DNA of 63,829 bases, filler included. It is 10 parts of 10 records of this genome, joined end to end, with 100 filler letters (N's around TTAATTAATTAA, not from the genome) between each part and the next. Parts side by side here need not be neighbours in the genome. Positions count along the whole stretch, not along the records: positions 26,658 to 33,687 come from SRR31156797_40990; positions 33,788 to 40,582 come from SRR31156797_41002; 8 more parts are not named here. The stretch is one strand, 5' to 3'. The translations under genes were made by a program, and so were the position numbers. The notes under the pieces were generated by a model. That model made no database searches. It worked only from the letters and a program-made list of their open reading frames with translations, and was not told the origin of the DNA. Positions 29,925-40,682 of this stretch are shown piece after piece. The stretch's first letter is position 1; each line of letters begins with the position of its first letter.

Positions 29925-30770
29925 TTATAGATCCGGGGAAGCGCTTTGCGGCCATGAATTGGTCAACTTTACAAATTCATCAATGCTTAAAGTTTCCGCC
30001 CTTCGGGTCGGTTCAATTCCGGCCCGCTCGAGCGCGGTTTCCACTTCGTCGAGGCTAAAGGCCGATTTTAAAGAATTGCGTAGAGTTTTACGCCTCTTGG
30101 CGAACCCGGCGGCAACGACGCGGGAAAAAAAAGCTTCATTTTCAGCCCTAAGCCCCGGTTTTTCTCTGAACACAAATCCTAAAACGGTTGATCCGACCTT
30201 GGGACGCGGATAAAAGACTTCCGCCCCGACATCGATATAACGGACAATGTCGGCGTGATACCCCAGGTTCACGCTCAGGCGTCCGTAGTCCTTTTTGCCC
30301 GGCCCAGCAGTTAGCCGGTCGGCCAGTTCCTTCTGGAACATGAGCACGGCCTTTTCAATTAACGGGCGAACGGCCAACAGTTTAAACAATACGGGCGTTG
30401 AAATCAAATAAGGAAGATTGCCTACAACTTTTATTTTCTCTTCCGCGCCTATAAGTTGCTCGAGGTCTACGTTCAGAATATCATCCCTGACGACCTTCAG
30501 GCGTTCGGGGAATTGCGGCGCGAGTTCATCTTCCAGCCAATCGGCCAGTCCATGGTCGAGTTCCACGGCGGTCACGCGGGCGCCTTTTTCCAAAAGATGA
30601 ATGGTCAGGGCGCCCAATCCAGGCCCTATTTCAAGGATCCGGTCTCCTTCTTCCGGTTCGGCCCGGGCGACAATAGCCCTGGCCATATTGGGATCGGCCA
30701 GAAAATTCTGTCCGCGGCTTTTAGCGGCCGTCAGTCCTCTTTCTTCGAGTATTCGGCGGGGAGATGTCAA
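29925..30770 (-). CDS. rsmA: 16S rRNA A1518/A1519 dimethyltransferase
   Basis: GQNFL, LEIGPGLG, GNLPY and RRAETL motifs. Confidence 0.95.
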   Translation of the reverse strand: MTSPRRILEERGLTAAKSRGQNFLADPNMARAIVARAEPEEGDRILEIGPGLGALTIHLLEKGARVTAVELDHGLADWLEDELAPQFPERLKVVRDDILNVDLEQLIGAEEKIKVVGNLPYLISTPVLFKLLAVRPLIEKAVLMFQKELADRLTAGPGKKDYGRLSVNLGYHADIVRYIDVGAEVFYPRPKVGSTVLGFVFREKPGLRAENEAFFSRVVAAGFAKRRKTLRNSLKSAFSLDEVETALERAGIEPTRRAETLSIDEFVKLTNSWPQSASPDL

Positions 30771-31263
30771 ATTTTTCCCTCAGTTTTTTTCTTTCCCAGG
30801 CTTGAAGCCGCCCGATGTTTTTAAAGATAAAAATATAAGTTAGTGGAGCGGCGACGATTCCCATGACCAGCCCCCCGATCATGGCTGTCAGAAAAGCCTG
30901 GCCGCCGACGGCCAGCAGTTCCTGAATTCCCCAATCTGGGGGCAGTTGGGCGTGGGCCATGAAAGGGCTGAGAAACTTGCCCAGGTAATAGAATGCGGCG
31001 TACAACGGCGGAATAGTCAGGGGGTTTGATATCCAGACTCCTATTGCCGCCGCAACCTTGCTTCCGCCCAACAGCCAGGCCAGGAAAACCGCTATGGCCA
31101 TTTGGACGGCCACTGTAGGCGTCAGCCCGACAAAGATGCCGAGGGCGGCGCCCAGGGCGACATTGTGGGGCGTATCCGGCAGAAGAATAAGACGTAAATA
31201 AAAGTATCTTACGCGTCGAGAAATACGGACGACAAAACTGCGGTTCAGTTTTCGGCGCGCCAT
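30721..31263 (-). CDS. DUF2062 membrane protein
   Basis: TPHNVALGAALGIFVGLTP and WISNPLTIPP motifs. Confidence 0.88.
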   Translation of the reverse strand: MARRKLNRSFVVRISRRVRYFYLRLILLPDTPHNVALGAALGIFVGLTPTVAVQMAIAVFLAWLLGGSKVAAAIGVWISNPLTIPPLYAAFYYLGKFLSPFMAHAQLPPDWGIQELLAVGGQAFLTAMIGGLVMGIVAAPLTYIFIFKNIGRLQAWERKKLREKFDISPPNTRRKRTDGR

Positions 31264-32255
31264 CTTGAAAAAGCATCCGCCGTCAAGTCGAGAAAGCGGC
31301 CTTCCTTGTAATAGTGATAGCCTATAGCGGCTATCATGGCCGCGTTATCCGTGCATAGGGCCGGAGGAGGCAATATGAGCGGGCAGCGGGCCTTTTCGGC
31401 GACCCGGGCCGCTTCCTTGCGCAAGCCCCTGTTGGCGGCCACTCCGCCGGCCAGGATCAGGCCGTGAACGTCGACTTTATCCAGAAGGACGGCCATTTTG
31501 TGAGTCAGGACGTCGACCACCGCGGCCTGAAAAGATGCGGCCAGATCCGCCAGATCATCATCTTTAATTTCTTTTCCGCGGTATTCCTTGTTAACCAGGT
31601 TGACCACGGCTGTTTTAAGGCCGGAAAAAGAGAAATCAAGACCCTGGTTGTGGAGCGGCCGGGGTAAGTCGAAGCGCTTGGGATTTCCTTGCGCGGCCAA
31701 ATCGTCAATAACCTTGCCCCCCGGATAACCCAGCCCGAGGAGTTTGGCCACTTTGTCAAAAGCTTCGCCGGCAGCGTCATCCCTGGTCCCGCCCATTAAT
31801 TCGAAATCAAGCGGGCCTTTCACCAGGTAAAGGTTTGTATGCCCGCCCGAAACCACAACCGCGGCCAGGGGGAAATTAATATCCTGCCCGGTCAGAAAAC
31901 CGGCGGCGGCGTGGCCGTACAAGTGGTTGACCCCGACAAGGGGCGCGCCCGTGACCAGGGATATCCCCTTGGCGAAATTAAGGCCGACCAATAGGGCGCC
32001 GACCAATCCCGGTCCCCGGGTAACCGCCAGGGCGTCTATGTCGTCCATGGTGACATCCGCTTCAAACAAAGCGCTTTCCACGGCCGGCAAGACGGCTTCG
32101 ACATGACGCCTGGAAGCCAGTTCCGGAACTACGCCGCCATAGGGGCCATGCAATTCAAACTGGGTTCGTATGACATTCGACAGGACGACCCGGCCGTCTT
32201 CAACAACCGCGGCCGCGGTTTCATCACACGATGTTTCTATGCCTAAAATTTTCAT
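31245..32255 (-). CDS. tsaD: tRNA N6-threonylcarbamoyltransferase
   Basis: ILGIETSCDET, GGVVPELASRRH, VSGGHT, DDAAGEAFDK and CTDNAAMIA motifs. Confidence 0.96.
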   Translation of the reverse strand: MKILGIETSCDETAAAVVEDGRVVLSNVIRTQFELHGPYGGVVPELASRRHVEAVLPAVESALFEADVTMDDIDALAVTRGPGLVGALLVGLNFAKGISLVTGAPLVGVNHLYGHAAAGFLTGQDINFPLAAVVVSGGHTNLYLVKGPLDFELMGGTRDDAAGEAFDKVAKLLGLGYPGGKVIDDLAAQGNPKRFDLPRPLHNQGLDFSFSGLKTAVVNLVNKEYRGKEIKDDDLADLAASFQAAVVDVLTHKMAVLLDKVDVHGLILAGGVAANRGLRKEAARVAEKARCPLILPPPALCTDNAAMIAAIGYHYYKEGRFLDLTADAFSRWRAEN

Positions 32256-32447
32256 TCCAAAGCCGATAAAATCCACAAATTTCTATAATTATAATAACTT
32301 CACAACTATCTTTGATAGCGTATTGCATAAAATACTGTATTAATAAACTATTTTTTTTGAGGCGGACAGAAAAAAAAGCATTTGGAAAGGAGAAACCCGG
32401 GGCAATTAGTTTCTGCTCCGGGTTAGTCATTAGTAAAGAATATGATG

Positions 32448-33461
32448 TTATCGCTTCCCTTGGGCGAATTCCTCGAATGTTTCTACGTCATCCTTACTGC
32501 CGATAATCAGCGGTACTCTCTGGTGGAGCTCGTCGGGAACTATTTCCAGGACTCTTTCATCGCCGGTGCTGGAAGCTCCGCCGGCCTGTTCAACAATGAA
32601 GCTCATGGGATTGGCTTCACATCCCAGGCGAAGCTTGCCCTTGGGCTTTCTCGGGTCCTTGCTGTCGGCCGGGTACAGAAATATTCCTCCATAGAGCAGG
32701 TTCCGATGAAAGTCGGCCACAAGGGAACCAATATACCTTGAAGTATATGATTTGTGGTGGTCCGCCTTGGGATCTTTAAGGTAGTCAATATACTTGCGCA
32801 CGCCCTCGGACCAGTAGCTGTAGTTACCTTCGTTCACGGAAAATATCTTTCCTCTTTCCGGAATTCGGATATCTTCGTGGGAAAGGAGAAACTCGCCCAC
32901 GGAAGGATCCAGGGTGAAGCCGTGCACGCCGTTGCCGGCTGAATAAACCATCACGGTTGAAGAACCGTAAATGACGTATCCCGCGGCAACCTGCTTGGTT
33001 CCCGGCTGCAGCACATCTTCCAGCGTACCTTCGCCCTGCCCCTGGGTAACCCGGCGATATACGGAAAAAATGGTTCCGATACTGACATTGGCATCGATAT
33101 TGGAACTGCCGTCGAGGGGATCAAAAACGACCACATAATTACCCTTGCGACATCTCCTTGGGATATCAATAAGATCAGCATCCTCTTCCGAAGCAAGCGC
33201 ACACACTTCACCGGTTGAAGTCAGCCTGTTGATCATGGTTTGATTGGCAAAATCGTCCAATTTACGGACCTGTTCTCCCTGGACGTTCTGATATCCGGCA
33301 AAGCCAAGAATATCAACCAAACCCGCCTTATTTACTTCTCTTTGTATAACTTTCGCCGCCACAATTATGCCATTGATCAGGCGTGTAAAGGATCCGGTAG
33401 CCATGGGCGTCTGCTGCTGACTAGCCAACAAGTGTTCAATAACAGTCATCCCTAAACTCAT
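32448..33461 (-). CDS. fbp: class 1 fructose-1,6-bisphosphatase
   Basis: ASEE, FDPLDGSSNID, RYIGSLVAD and GKLRL motifs. Confidence 0.96.
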   Translation of the reverse strand: MSLGMTVIEHLLASQQQTPMATGSFTRLINGIIVAAKVIQREVNKAGLVDILGFAGYQNVQGEQVRKLDDFANQTMINRLTSTGEVCALASEEDADLIDIPRRCRKGNYVVVFDPLDGSSNIDANVSIGTIFSVYRRVTQGQGEGTLEDVLQPGTKQVAAGYVIYGSSTVMVYSAGNGVHGFTLDPSVGEFLLSHEDIRIPERGKIFSVNEGNYSYWSEGVRKYIDYLKDPKADHHKSYTSRYIGSLVADFHRNLLYGGIFLYPADSKDPRKPKGKLRLGCEANPMSFIVEQAGGASSTGDERVLEIVPDELHQRVPLIIGSKDDVETFEEFAQGKR

Positions 33462-33602
33462 AAAACCCCCCCTAAAATAAGGTTGTATTACGATCCATTA
33501 TAATAGCATGGTTGGGGCTGGACTGCAATTTTTCTAATCTGCCCAGGGCGACCTCATTTAAGCTCTTTAGAGCAAAAAATGCGGCAGGGCCGCAAATTCG
33601 GT

Positions 33603-33687
33603 GCGTTTCCAGGCAGAGCCTTGGAGTGAGGTTTGTCGTTGATTTTATAGATAAAAATCTCGTTACGAGGCTCTGCCTCGTAACGCC
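33603..33687. repeat. paired REP-like hairpins (AGGCAGAGCCT family)
   Basis: ccaggcagagccttgg near 33609 and the perfect hairpin cgttacgagg-ctctg-cctcgtaacg at 33661-33685, in inverted orientation. Confidence 0.6.
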
Positions 33688-33787
33688 NNNNNNNNNNNNN
33701 NNNNNNNNNNNNNNNNNNNNNNNNNNNNNNNTTAATTAATTAANNNNNNNNNNNNNNNNNNNNNNNNNNNNNNNNNNNNNNNNNNNN
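33688..33787. other. artificial contig linker
   Basis: 44 N + TTAATTAATTAA + 44 N. Confidence 0.99.
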
Positions 33788-34679
33788 CATCTCCTTCGGC
33801 ACCTGGATGCTCATGGCCCTGCCCCTGACCGTTCTCATGATCGCCATCATCTGGTTCCTGCTGACCCAGGTGTTTTACCGGACCCCGGCCCATGTAAAGG
33901 TGGACCCCACCGTGGTGGAAAAGGAGTACAGGGATCTTGGCCCCATCTCCGCCGAGGAGAAAAAGGTGCTCCTGGTGTTTGCCCTGACCGCCGTTTTATG
34001 GATCTTCAGGAAAAACCTGAACCTGGGATTCGCCGTTGTGCCGGGCTGGGCATCCATGCTGCCGTTTCCCTCCCTGGTGGATGACGGCACCGTGGCCATT
34101 GCCATGTCCATGATCCTGTTTTTCCTGCCCGTGACCCGGAAGGAAAGCGACTCCGCCACCATCCTGGACAGCAAAGTGTTCAGCAAACTGCCCTGGGGCA
34201 TTATCCTGCTGTTCGGCGGCGGGTTTGCCCTGGCCAAGGGATTTCAGCTCTCCGGGCTGTCGGCGTTCATCGGCAACAAACTGCAGATCCTGGAAGGCAC
34301 AAGCCCGGTGGTGATGATCTCGAGCATCTGCACCACCCTCACCTTCCTGACGGAGCTGACCTCCAACACCGCCACCACCCAGATGATTCTGCCCATTCTC
34401 TCATCCATTGCCGTGGCCATGAAGATCAATCCGTTGATGCTGCTGATTCCGGCGACCCTGTCCGCCTCCTGCGCATTCATGATGCCCATTGCCACACCGC
34501 CCAATGCCATTGTTTTCAGCAGCGGCCGGATCCGGATGTTCGACATGGTCAAGGCGGGGGTCTTGATCAATTTCATCGGTATCGCGGTCATCACGGGAAT
34601 CTTCTTTGCCCTTGGAACCATGGTTTTCGCCATTGATCCCGGCATGATTCCCCAGTGGGCCCTGGTAGCCAACAACTAA
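33788..34679 (+). CDS. DASS/SLC13 sodium-coupled anion symporter, 5'-truncated
   Basis: PWGIILLFGGGFALA, TELTSNTAT and AFMMPIATPPNAI motifs. Confidence 0.93.
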
Positions 34680-34731
34680 TAAAAGAAACCTGCCGGGAGC
34701 CCCCCGTCCCTGGGACGACTCTCCCGGCCAT

Positions 34732-36156
34732 TCAAAAATAATCCATGAGCCCCGGCCTGAACGTCTCATAGGCCGCGGCCTCCGCCATGGGACCCGGGTC
34801 GGAAACTTGCCCCGGGTTCCCGGGTTTTCCCGGGTCACGGACAAACCGGTCGAAAAACGCCCGGACCCTCTCCGGCGGCACTGGAAGCGCCCGCTTTTCG
34901 GCCCGCCGTTCGATCACCACCTTTTTTTCGGAATTGAGTTCAACCTCCTTGAACGGATAGTGATAGGTAAGGCTCGGCCGCAGGGCCGTGTTGAAATAGC
35001 TCAAAGAGAGTGCCGTGCCGTCAAAATCCATGTAATCCCACAGACGACTGTTAAAGAGCAGGCGATCCCCTTTTCCCGCCACCTGCCACAGGCCGGGATC
35101 GCAACCGGCTGAAACCAGCCGGTGGTCCATGCGCCCAATCGTTTCGGGTGTGCCCTCCAGAGCCATGGACCGGATATACCCTGTTTCCGTGACATCTTCA
35201 TACCCCTTCTTCACCATCCGGGCGTTCCTTTTACGCGCCCCCGCCCCCTGGAACTGGTGCCGGTAGATGAACGAACAATAATTGACCGGCAGGGGAATCC
35301 CCTGGTCAAGGGTATACTTCATCACCTCCAGGGCGGCCAGCTCGGTCTCGAGCACCGTGACCCCGGGTCCGTGAAGAAAGGTGTAGTTCCGGCGGATGAA
35401 CTTCTCCCTGTTGTAGGGGGTGCACCGGAGCTGGTGAAGGTTCAGGAAATTCGCCCCCATGTCGGCAAGCTCGTAAACCACCTGCTTCAGCCGCCCAAAA
35501 TCCTCCGGTATGGCCGGTATCTCCACCGTGACCCTGGGGATGATCCCCACCGCCATCCGGACCCGGTCCAGGTTGTACCGGTCCGCCCCAATATCAAAAC
35601 GGATCTCATCAAGCCCCCCATCCGCCAGCACCTTGAGCATCTCCCGGGTGATCCGGATGCCGTTTGTGTACATCCAGATATAGAAAGGCCGGGCCTGGCG
35701 CTGCCTCAGGATTCGTAAGAACCCCTTCACCCGGTCAAAGGTCAGGGTGGGCTCACCGCCACTGAAGCTGACCCCACGGATGCCAAAGGCATTGAGATAA
35801 TCCACGTAATCATGGGGATCGGCAAACTCGAGGCTGCCGGTGCCGGGAACGGATTTATCCTTCTGGGACGAAGGGCAGTAGAAACAGCTGGCATTGCACA
35901 GGTTGTTGACAAACAGGCAGGACCAGAGGCCCTGGCCGCACAGCCGGCAGCCGGGAGAAAGATCCCCGGTATACGGTTTCGTGTTGGCGAATCCCCATTC
36001 ACCCCTGCCGTCGCCGGAAAAAATAGCGTCCAGAAGCCGGTCCCGCCGGCGGACGGCATCCACCGCTGCCTGGCCGGTGAGCCAGGCCATGTCGTCATAG
36101 GCGTCCCCATATTCCCGGCGATTCTTCTCTTCAAAAACCAGAGGATCAAACTTCAT
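34732..36156 (-). CDS. uncharacterised radical SAM protein
   Basis: CNASCFYC (CxxxCxxC), SGGEP and YTNG motifs, plus an upstream SPGCRLC. Confidence 0.88.
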   Translation of the reverse strand: MKFDPLVFEEKNRREYGDAYDDMAWLTGQAAVDAVRRRDRLLDAIFSGDGRGEWGFANTKPYTGDLSPGCRLCGQGLWSCLFVNNLCNASCFYCPSSQKDKSVPGTGSLEFADPHDYVDYLNAFGIRGVSFSGGEPTLTFDRVKGFLRILRQRQARPFYIWMYTNGIRITREMLKVLADGGLDEIRFDIGADRYNLDRVRMAVGIIPRVTVEIPAIPEDFGRLKQVVYELADMGANFLNLHQLRCTPYNREKFIRRNYTFLHGPGVTVLETELAALEVMKYTLDQGIPLPVNYCSFIYRHQFQGAGARKRNARMVKKGYEDVTETGYIRSMALEGTPETIGRMDHRLVSAGCDPGLWQVAGKGDRLLFNSRLWDYMDFDGTALSLSYFNTALRPSLTYHYPFKEVELNSEKKVVIERRAEKRALPVPPERVRAFFDRFVRDPGKPGNPGQVSDPGPMAEAAAYETFRPGLMDYF

Positions 36157-36505
36157 ACACCCTCCATCCATGAAAGGTTAAGCCAAATCAAAAGTTTCTC
36201 AAATCAGGTGAACTGCAGACCGCGGTCGTGGGCATCCGCTTTTCTCAGCTACCAATTCCAGCGGTAAAACGCAAGCCCAATCCATCGCAACAGGCGCTCC
36301 CGGGACACCCTGCCAGGGAAACCATGTAAATTTTGAGCGCTCCCGGCCTTGTTTTCACCCAGGACATATGCTAACTGTAAACAGACTTCGCGCATAAAAA
36401 ACGTCACCCCAGAGTTCCACACATAAAAAGGCTGTCAAAACGCTCAAAAGATAAAAATGATAAAGCGTCGCGCTTTTTCACAGGAATTGCGCGAAAGGAG
36501 ACCCC

Positions 36506-38884
36506 ATGAAGCATATCGGGACGAAATTATTATTCTTTATCAGCGGCACCTTTCTCCTCTTCTCTTCGTTTCTCCTCTACCGGACCTATCAGGTTTCAAA
36601 GAATTACGTTGATGCCATTGTGAAGCAGCAGGCAGAACTGGCGCTGGAGTTCAATATTACGATCCGGCAGTACGTGAAGGATGAAATCCGGCCTGTCATG
36701 TACGACCTGCTTGGCGAAGATAAATTTATCCCGGAAACCATGTCCACCTCTTTTATTGCCCGTTCCATTTTCAAGGATGTTCAAAAGAAATTTCCCGATA
36801 CGATTTTAAAATACGCATCTGACAATCCACGCAACCCTTCCAATCAAGCAGGGCCGGAAGAACTGGAAATCATTCGTTATTTCAACGACAACCCCGACCA
36901 GCAGACCTGGTACGGCCAAATAACCATTGATGAAGCGCACTATTTTGCAAAATTCAATGCTCGCCGCATGAAGGCGACCTGCCTGCGATGCCATGGAGAC
37001 CCAACGGATGCCCCGGCATCCATGATAGAACGGTATGGGGCAACGGCCGGATTTTTCCGGCCCCTGGGAGAAGTGGTGGCCCTTGACACGGTTGCCATTC
37101 CGGTCAGCAACATACAGGCCCAATTATCAAATGAGATCAGAAGCAATTTCACCATAACGGGCATCGCCCTGTTTCTACTTTTATTGTCGCTTTTTATTCT
37201 TGTTCAAAAACTTGTCAGCAATCGTCTGAACGCCATCACAAACCATTTTTCAGCTGCGGCATCTTCAGGAGACTATTCACGATTAAGCCGCTTAAACGTG
37301 CAGGGAACCGATGAAATCAGTGTGCTGGCCCAAAGCTATAATACGTTGGCGGAGCAATTACAGAACTATCATCATTGCCTGGATTCAGAAAAAGAACGGC
37401 TGAATGTGACCTTACGTTCCATTGGCGATGGCGTCATTACCACAGACCTTGACGGAAAGATCGTTTTGATCAATAAAATCACCGAAAAGCTCACCGGTTG
37501 GCGCCAGCAGGAAGCCATTGGCCGGCCCGTACAGGAGGTGTTCAATATCATCAATGAACAAACCGGCATCCCCTGTGAGAACCCCGTGGACCTGGTTCTG
37601 GCCTCGGGAAAGATTGTCGACCTGGCGAATCACACGGCCCTGATCGCCAGGGACGGCACCCGGTATCTGATCGAAGACAGCGGGGCGCCCATCTTTGACA
37701 ACCGGGGCCAAATGATCGGCACCGTCCTGGTCTTCCGGGATGTGACCATGGCCAGAAAAACGGCGGAAAAATTGCTCAAGGCGAAGAAGCTCGATTCGGT
37801 GGGGGTCCTGGCCGGTGGTATTGCCCATGATTTTAACAATCTTCTCACCGCGATCCTCGGCAATATCGAACTTGCGGAATTGTCCATGACTCCCACCGAC
37901 GAGGCATATCCGCTTCTACAGGAGGCAAAGAAAGCTTCCATACGGGCACAAAATTTAACCCAGCAATTACTCACCTTTTCAAAGGGCGGCGCACCTGTCA
38001 GAAAAACAACGGCCATCGGCAAAGTGATCATGGAATCCGCCAATTTTGTCTTACACGGCAGTTCCGTGTCCTGCCGGTTCAACATCCCCAAAGATTTATG
38101 GCTGGTGGATATCGATTCCGGCCAGATAAGCCAGGTGATTCAAAACCTGGTCATCAACGCCAAACAGGCCATGCCGGACGGTGGACAAATTAAAATCAAC
38201 TGCGCCAATATAACGGATATCAAGTCCGAACAGCCCCTTGACCGATCCCATAGCCCCTGCATCAAAATCACCGTTCAGGACCACGGTTGCGGTGTGGCGG
38301 AAAAAGATATGGATAAGATATTCGACCCCTATTTCACCACCAAGCAAGAGGGGAGCGGGCTGGGGCTGGCCATTTCCCGTTCGATCATCACCAAGCATGA
38401 CGGCCATATCGAGGTCTTCTCCGCAATGGGCGCGGGCACCACATTTACCATTTATCTCCCGGCTTCAGGCCGGCCGACCCCCCAGTGTCCCCACAAAGCC
38501 AAAATCGCCAAAACCCGAATCCTTGTCATGGATGATGAAGAACTTGTCCGGGATATTGCCAGCCAGATGCTGACCCGCCTCGGACATGAGGTGTTACTGG
38601 CCGGGGAAGGCAAAGAGGCGGTCACGGTATTCGCCGAGCATTACAATAACGACAGCCCTGTTGATGTGGTCATAATGGATCTGACAATCCCCGATGGTAT
38701 GGGCGGTAAGGACGCGGTACGGGAAATACTGAAAATTGATCCAAAGGCGAACGTGATTGTGGCAAGCGGGTATTTCAATGATCCGGTCATGTCAAATTAT
38801 CAGCAATATGGGTTCAAGGCGTCAATTGCCAAACCCTTCATGCTGAAAGAATTGAATGAAACCCTGACAGATATTCTATCGTAA
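36506..38884 (+). CDS. hybrid sensor kinase with periplasmic heme-c (DUF3365-like), HAMP, PAS, HisKA, HATPase and REC domains
   Basis: NPRNPSN and CLRCHG heme motif; SIGDGVITTD PAS; GGIAHDFNN; ILVMDDE receiver. Confidence 0.9.
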   Translation: MKHIGTKLLFFISGTFLLFSSFLLYRTYQVSKNYVDAIVKQQAELALEFNITIRQYVKDEIRPVMYDLLGEDKFIPETMSTSFIARSIFKDVQKKFPDTILKYASDNPRNPSNQAGPEELEIIRYFNDNPDQQTWYGQITIDEAHYFAKFNARRMKATCLRCHGDPTDAPASMIERYGATAGFFRPLGEVVALDTVAIPVSNIQAQLSNEIRSNFTITGIALFLLLLSLFILVQKLVSNRLNAITNHFSAAASSGDYSRLSRLNVQGTDEISVLAQSYNTLAEQLQNYHHCLDSEKERLNVTLRSIGDGVITTDLDGKIVLINKITEKLTGWRQQEAIGRPVQEVFNIINEQTGIPCENPVDLVLASGKIVDLANHTALIARDGTRYLIEDSGAPIFDNRGQMIGTVLVFRDVTMARKTAEKLLKAKKLDSVGVLAGGIAHDFNNLLTAILGNIELAELSMTPTDEAYPLLQEAKKASIRAQNLTQQLLTFSKGGAPVRKTTAIGKVIMESANFVLHGSSVSCRFNIPKDLWLVDIDSGQISQVIQNLVINAKQAMPDGGQIKINCANITDIKSEQPLDRSHSPCIKITVQDHGCGVAEKDMDKIFDPYFTTKQEGSGLGLAISRSIITKHDGHIEVFSAMGAGTTFTIYLPASGRPTPQCPHKAKIAKTRILVMDDEELVRDIASQMLTRLGHEVLLAGEGKEAVTVFAEHYNNDSPVDVVIMDLTIPDGMGGKDAVREILKIDPKANVIVASGYFNDPVMSNYQQYGFKASIAKPFMLKELNETLTDILS

Positions 38885-39050
38885 TCCCCCAGGCAAAGGA
38901 AACATACAGGGGGCAAGCTGCCTGACACCCCCCAGTATCATATCAGGCACCCGGGAAAGAACAGGTTTGCCTTTGCAAATCCAATCGAGTAATATCGTTG
39001 CCGGAAAAGACAGGTACCATCAAATCAACCGATAAATCCGGAAAGCAACC

Positions 39051-40382
39051 ATGACAACCCAAGACACAATAAAGCGAACAGGCAATTTTATTCGAAACTC
39101 CGCAACCCTGAAGATTTTATCCATCGGCCTGCTGGTGCTGGTGCTTCTCATTCCCACCTCAATGGTCTCTTCACTGATGCGGGAACGGGAGTCCAGAAGG
39201 GACGAAGTGGTTCGGGAAATCAACCGAAAATGGGGAAACAGTCAAACCATTACCGGCCCTTTCCTGACCGTTCCGTTTAAATCTTATTACAAAGACGAAA
39301 AAGACAAGGTTAAATTCAATATTCGATATTTTCATGTCTTGCCCAAGGAGATCAACATTGCCGGACAGCTGGACCCGACAATCCGATATCGAAGCCTTTA
39401 TGAAGCGGTCCTGTACAACACCCGCATCAAAATGGATGGCAGCTTTACACTGCCCCTGCTCAACCAGTACAACATTGATCCGGAGAATGTACTGTGGGAA
39501 AAGGCTGTTTTCTCCATGGGGGTCACGGACATGAGAGGCATCCGGGACAATATATCCGTCCAATTCAACGGAAACGGATATAAAGCAGGCCCGGGCCTGA
39601 AAACAACGGACATTGCGTCATCCGGTGTACAATGCAACATTCCCCTCTCCCCCACCCTCAACGACGGTCGTTTCTCCCTGGAACTGAACCTCAACGGCAG
39701 TGACCAGATCCGGTTCATCCCGGTGGGTGAAACCACCCGTGTCACCCTTGAATCGCCCTGGCCCTCCCCAAGCTTCAACGGCGCCTTCCTCCCGGTGACA
39801 AGACAGGTGAGTAAAAATGGGTTCTCTGCGGCCTGGAACGTTCTGCACCTCAACCGGAATTTTCCTCAATTCTGGGTGGGGAATCAATATATGGTGGGGG
39901 AGGCATCCTTTGGCCTGAGACTGCTGATCACGGCGGACATATATCAAAAATCCATCCGGATATCAAAATATGCCCTGATGTTCATTGTTTTCACATTTTC
40001 CGCATTTTTCTTTTCCGAAGTGATCAACCGAAAAAGGGTGCATCCGATTCAGTACATTTTGATCGGGCTCGCCATTATTCTATTTTACGTTTTACTCCTC
40101 GCCCTTTCCGAGCATCTGAATTTCGATCTGGCCTATATCCTGTCGGCGGCGGCCATCACCACCATCATCTCCGGCTATGCCAAAGGCATTTTAAAGAACA
40201 CCGTTTTTGCGTTGACCGTCTGCGGCATCCTGATGGTCCTGTACACCTATTTATACATTGTCCTTCAACTTGAGGATTATGCCCTGCTCATGGGAAGTGT
40301 CGGTTTGTTCATCGTATTGACAACGGTGATGTATATCACCCGAAAGATAGACTGGTACGCCCTGGACAAGGATCAGCCCTGA
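39051..40382 (+). CDS. creD: inner membrane protein CreD
   Basis: WPSPSFNG, KYALMFI, HPIQYILIG and LEDYALLMGS motifs. Confidence 0.92.
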   Translation: MTTQDTIKRTGNFIRNSATLKILSIGLLVLVLLIPTSMVSSLMRERESRRDEVVREINRKWGNSQTITGPFLTVPFKSYYKDEKDKVKFNIRYFHVLPKEINIAGQLDPTIRYRSLYEAVLYNTRIKMDGSFTLPLLNQYNIDPENVLWEKAVFSMGVTDMRGIRDNISVQFNGNGYKAGPGLKTTDIASSGVQCNIPLSPTLNDGRFSLELNLNGSDQIRFIPVGETTRVTLESPWPSPSFNGAFLPVTRQVSKNGFSAAWNVLHLNRNFPQFWVGNQYMVGEASFGLRLLITADIYQKSIRISKYALMFIVFTFSAFFFSEVINRKRVHPIQYILIGLAIILFYVLLLALSEHLNFDLAYILSAAAITTIISGYAKGILKNTVFALTVCGILMVLYTYLYIVLQLEDYALLMGSVGLFIVLTTVMYITRKIDWYALDKDQP

Positions 40383-40428
40383 GACTCATCCCGGGAAGGG
40401 TGTCCATTAAAAAAAGAGGGGAGGTTGA

Positions 40429-40560
40429 ATGAAAAGAACCGATCAGACCCTGATGGAGCAATTAAGAATTACCAACAGGGAAATCCAGCGGCGGACAAGG
40501 CCATGTATGAAGCCAAAAAAAACCGGTTTCAGCATCAAAATCGCCGGCCGGGGGAGGGCC
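40429..40560 (+). pseudogene. remnant of a globin-coupled diguanylate cyclase with an internal deletion
   Basis: GGAGG RBS then MKRTDQTLMEQLRITNREIQRR, abutting ADKAMYEAKK (GGDEF C-terminal helix) in a different frame. Confidence 0.55.
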
Positions 40561-40582
40561 CCCGGCCCCTTGTTCAAAGCCA

Positions 40583-40682
40583 NNNNNNNNNNNNNNNNNN
40601 NNNNNNNNNNNNNNNNNNNNNNNNNNTTAATTAATTAANNNNNNNNNNNNNNNNNNNNNNNNNNNNNNNNNNNNNNNNNNNN
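40583..40682. other. artificial contig linker
   Basis: 44 N + TTAATTAATTAA + 44 N. Confidence 0.99.
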
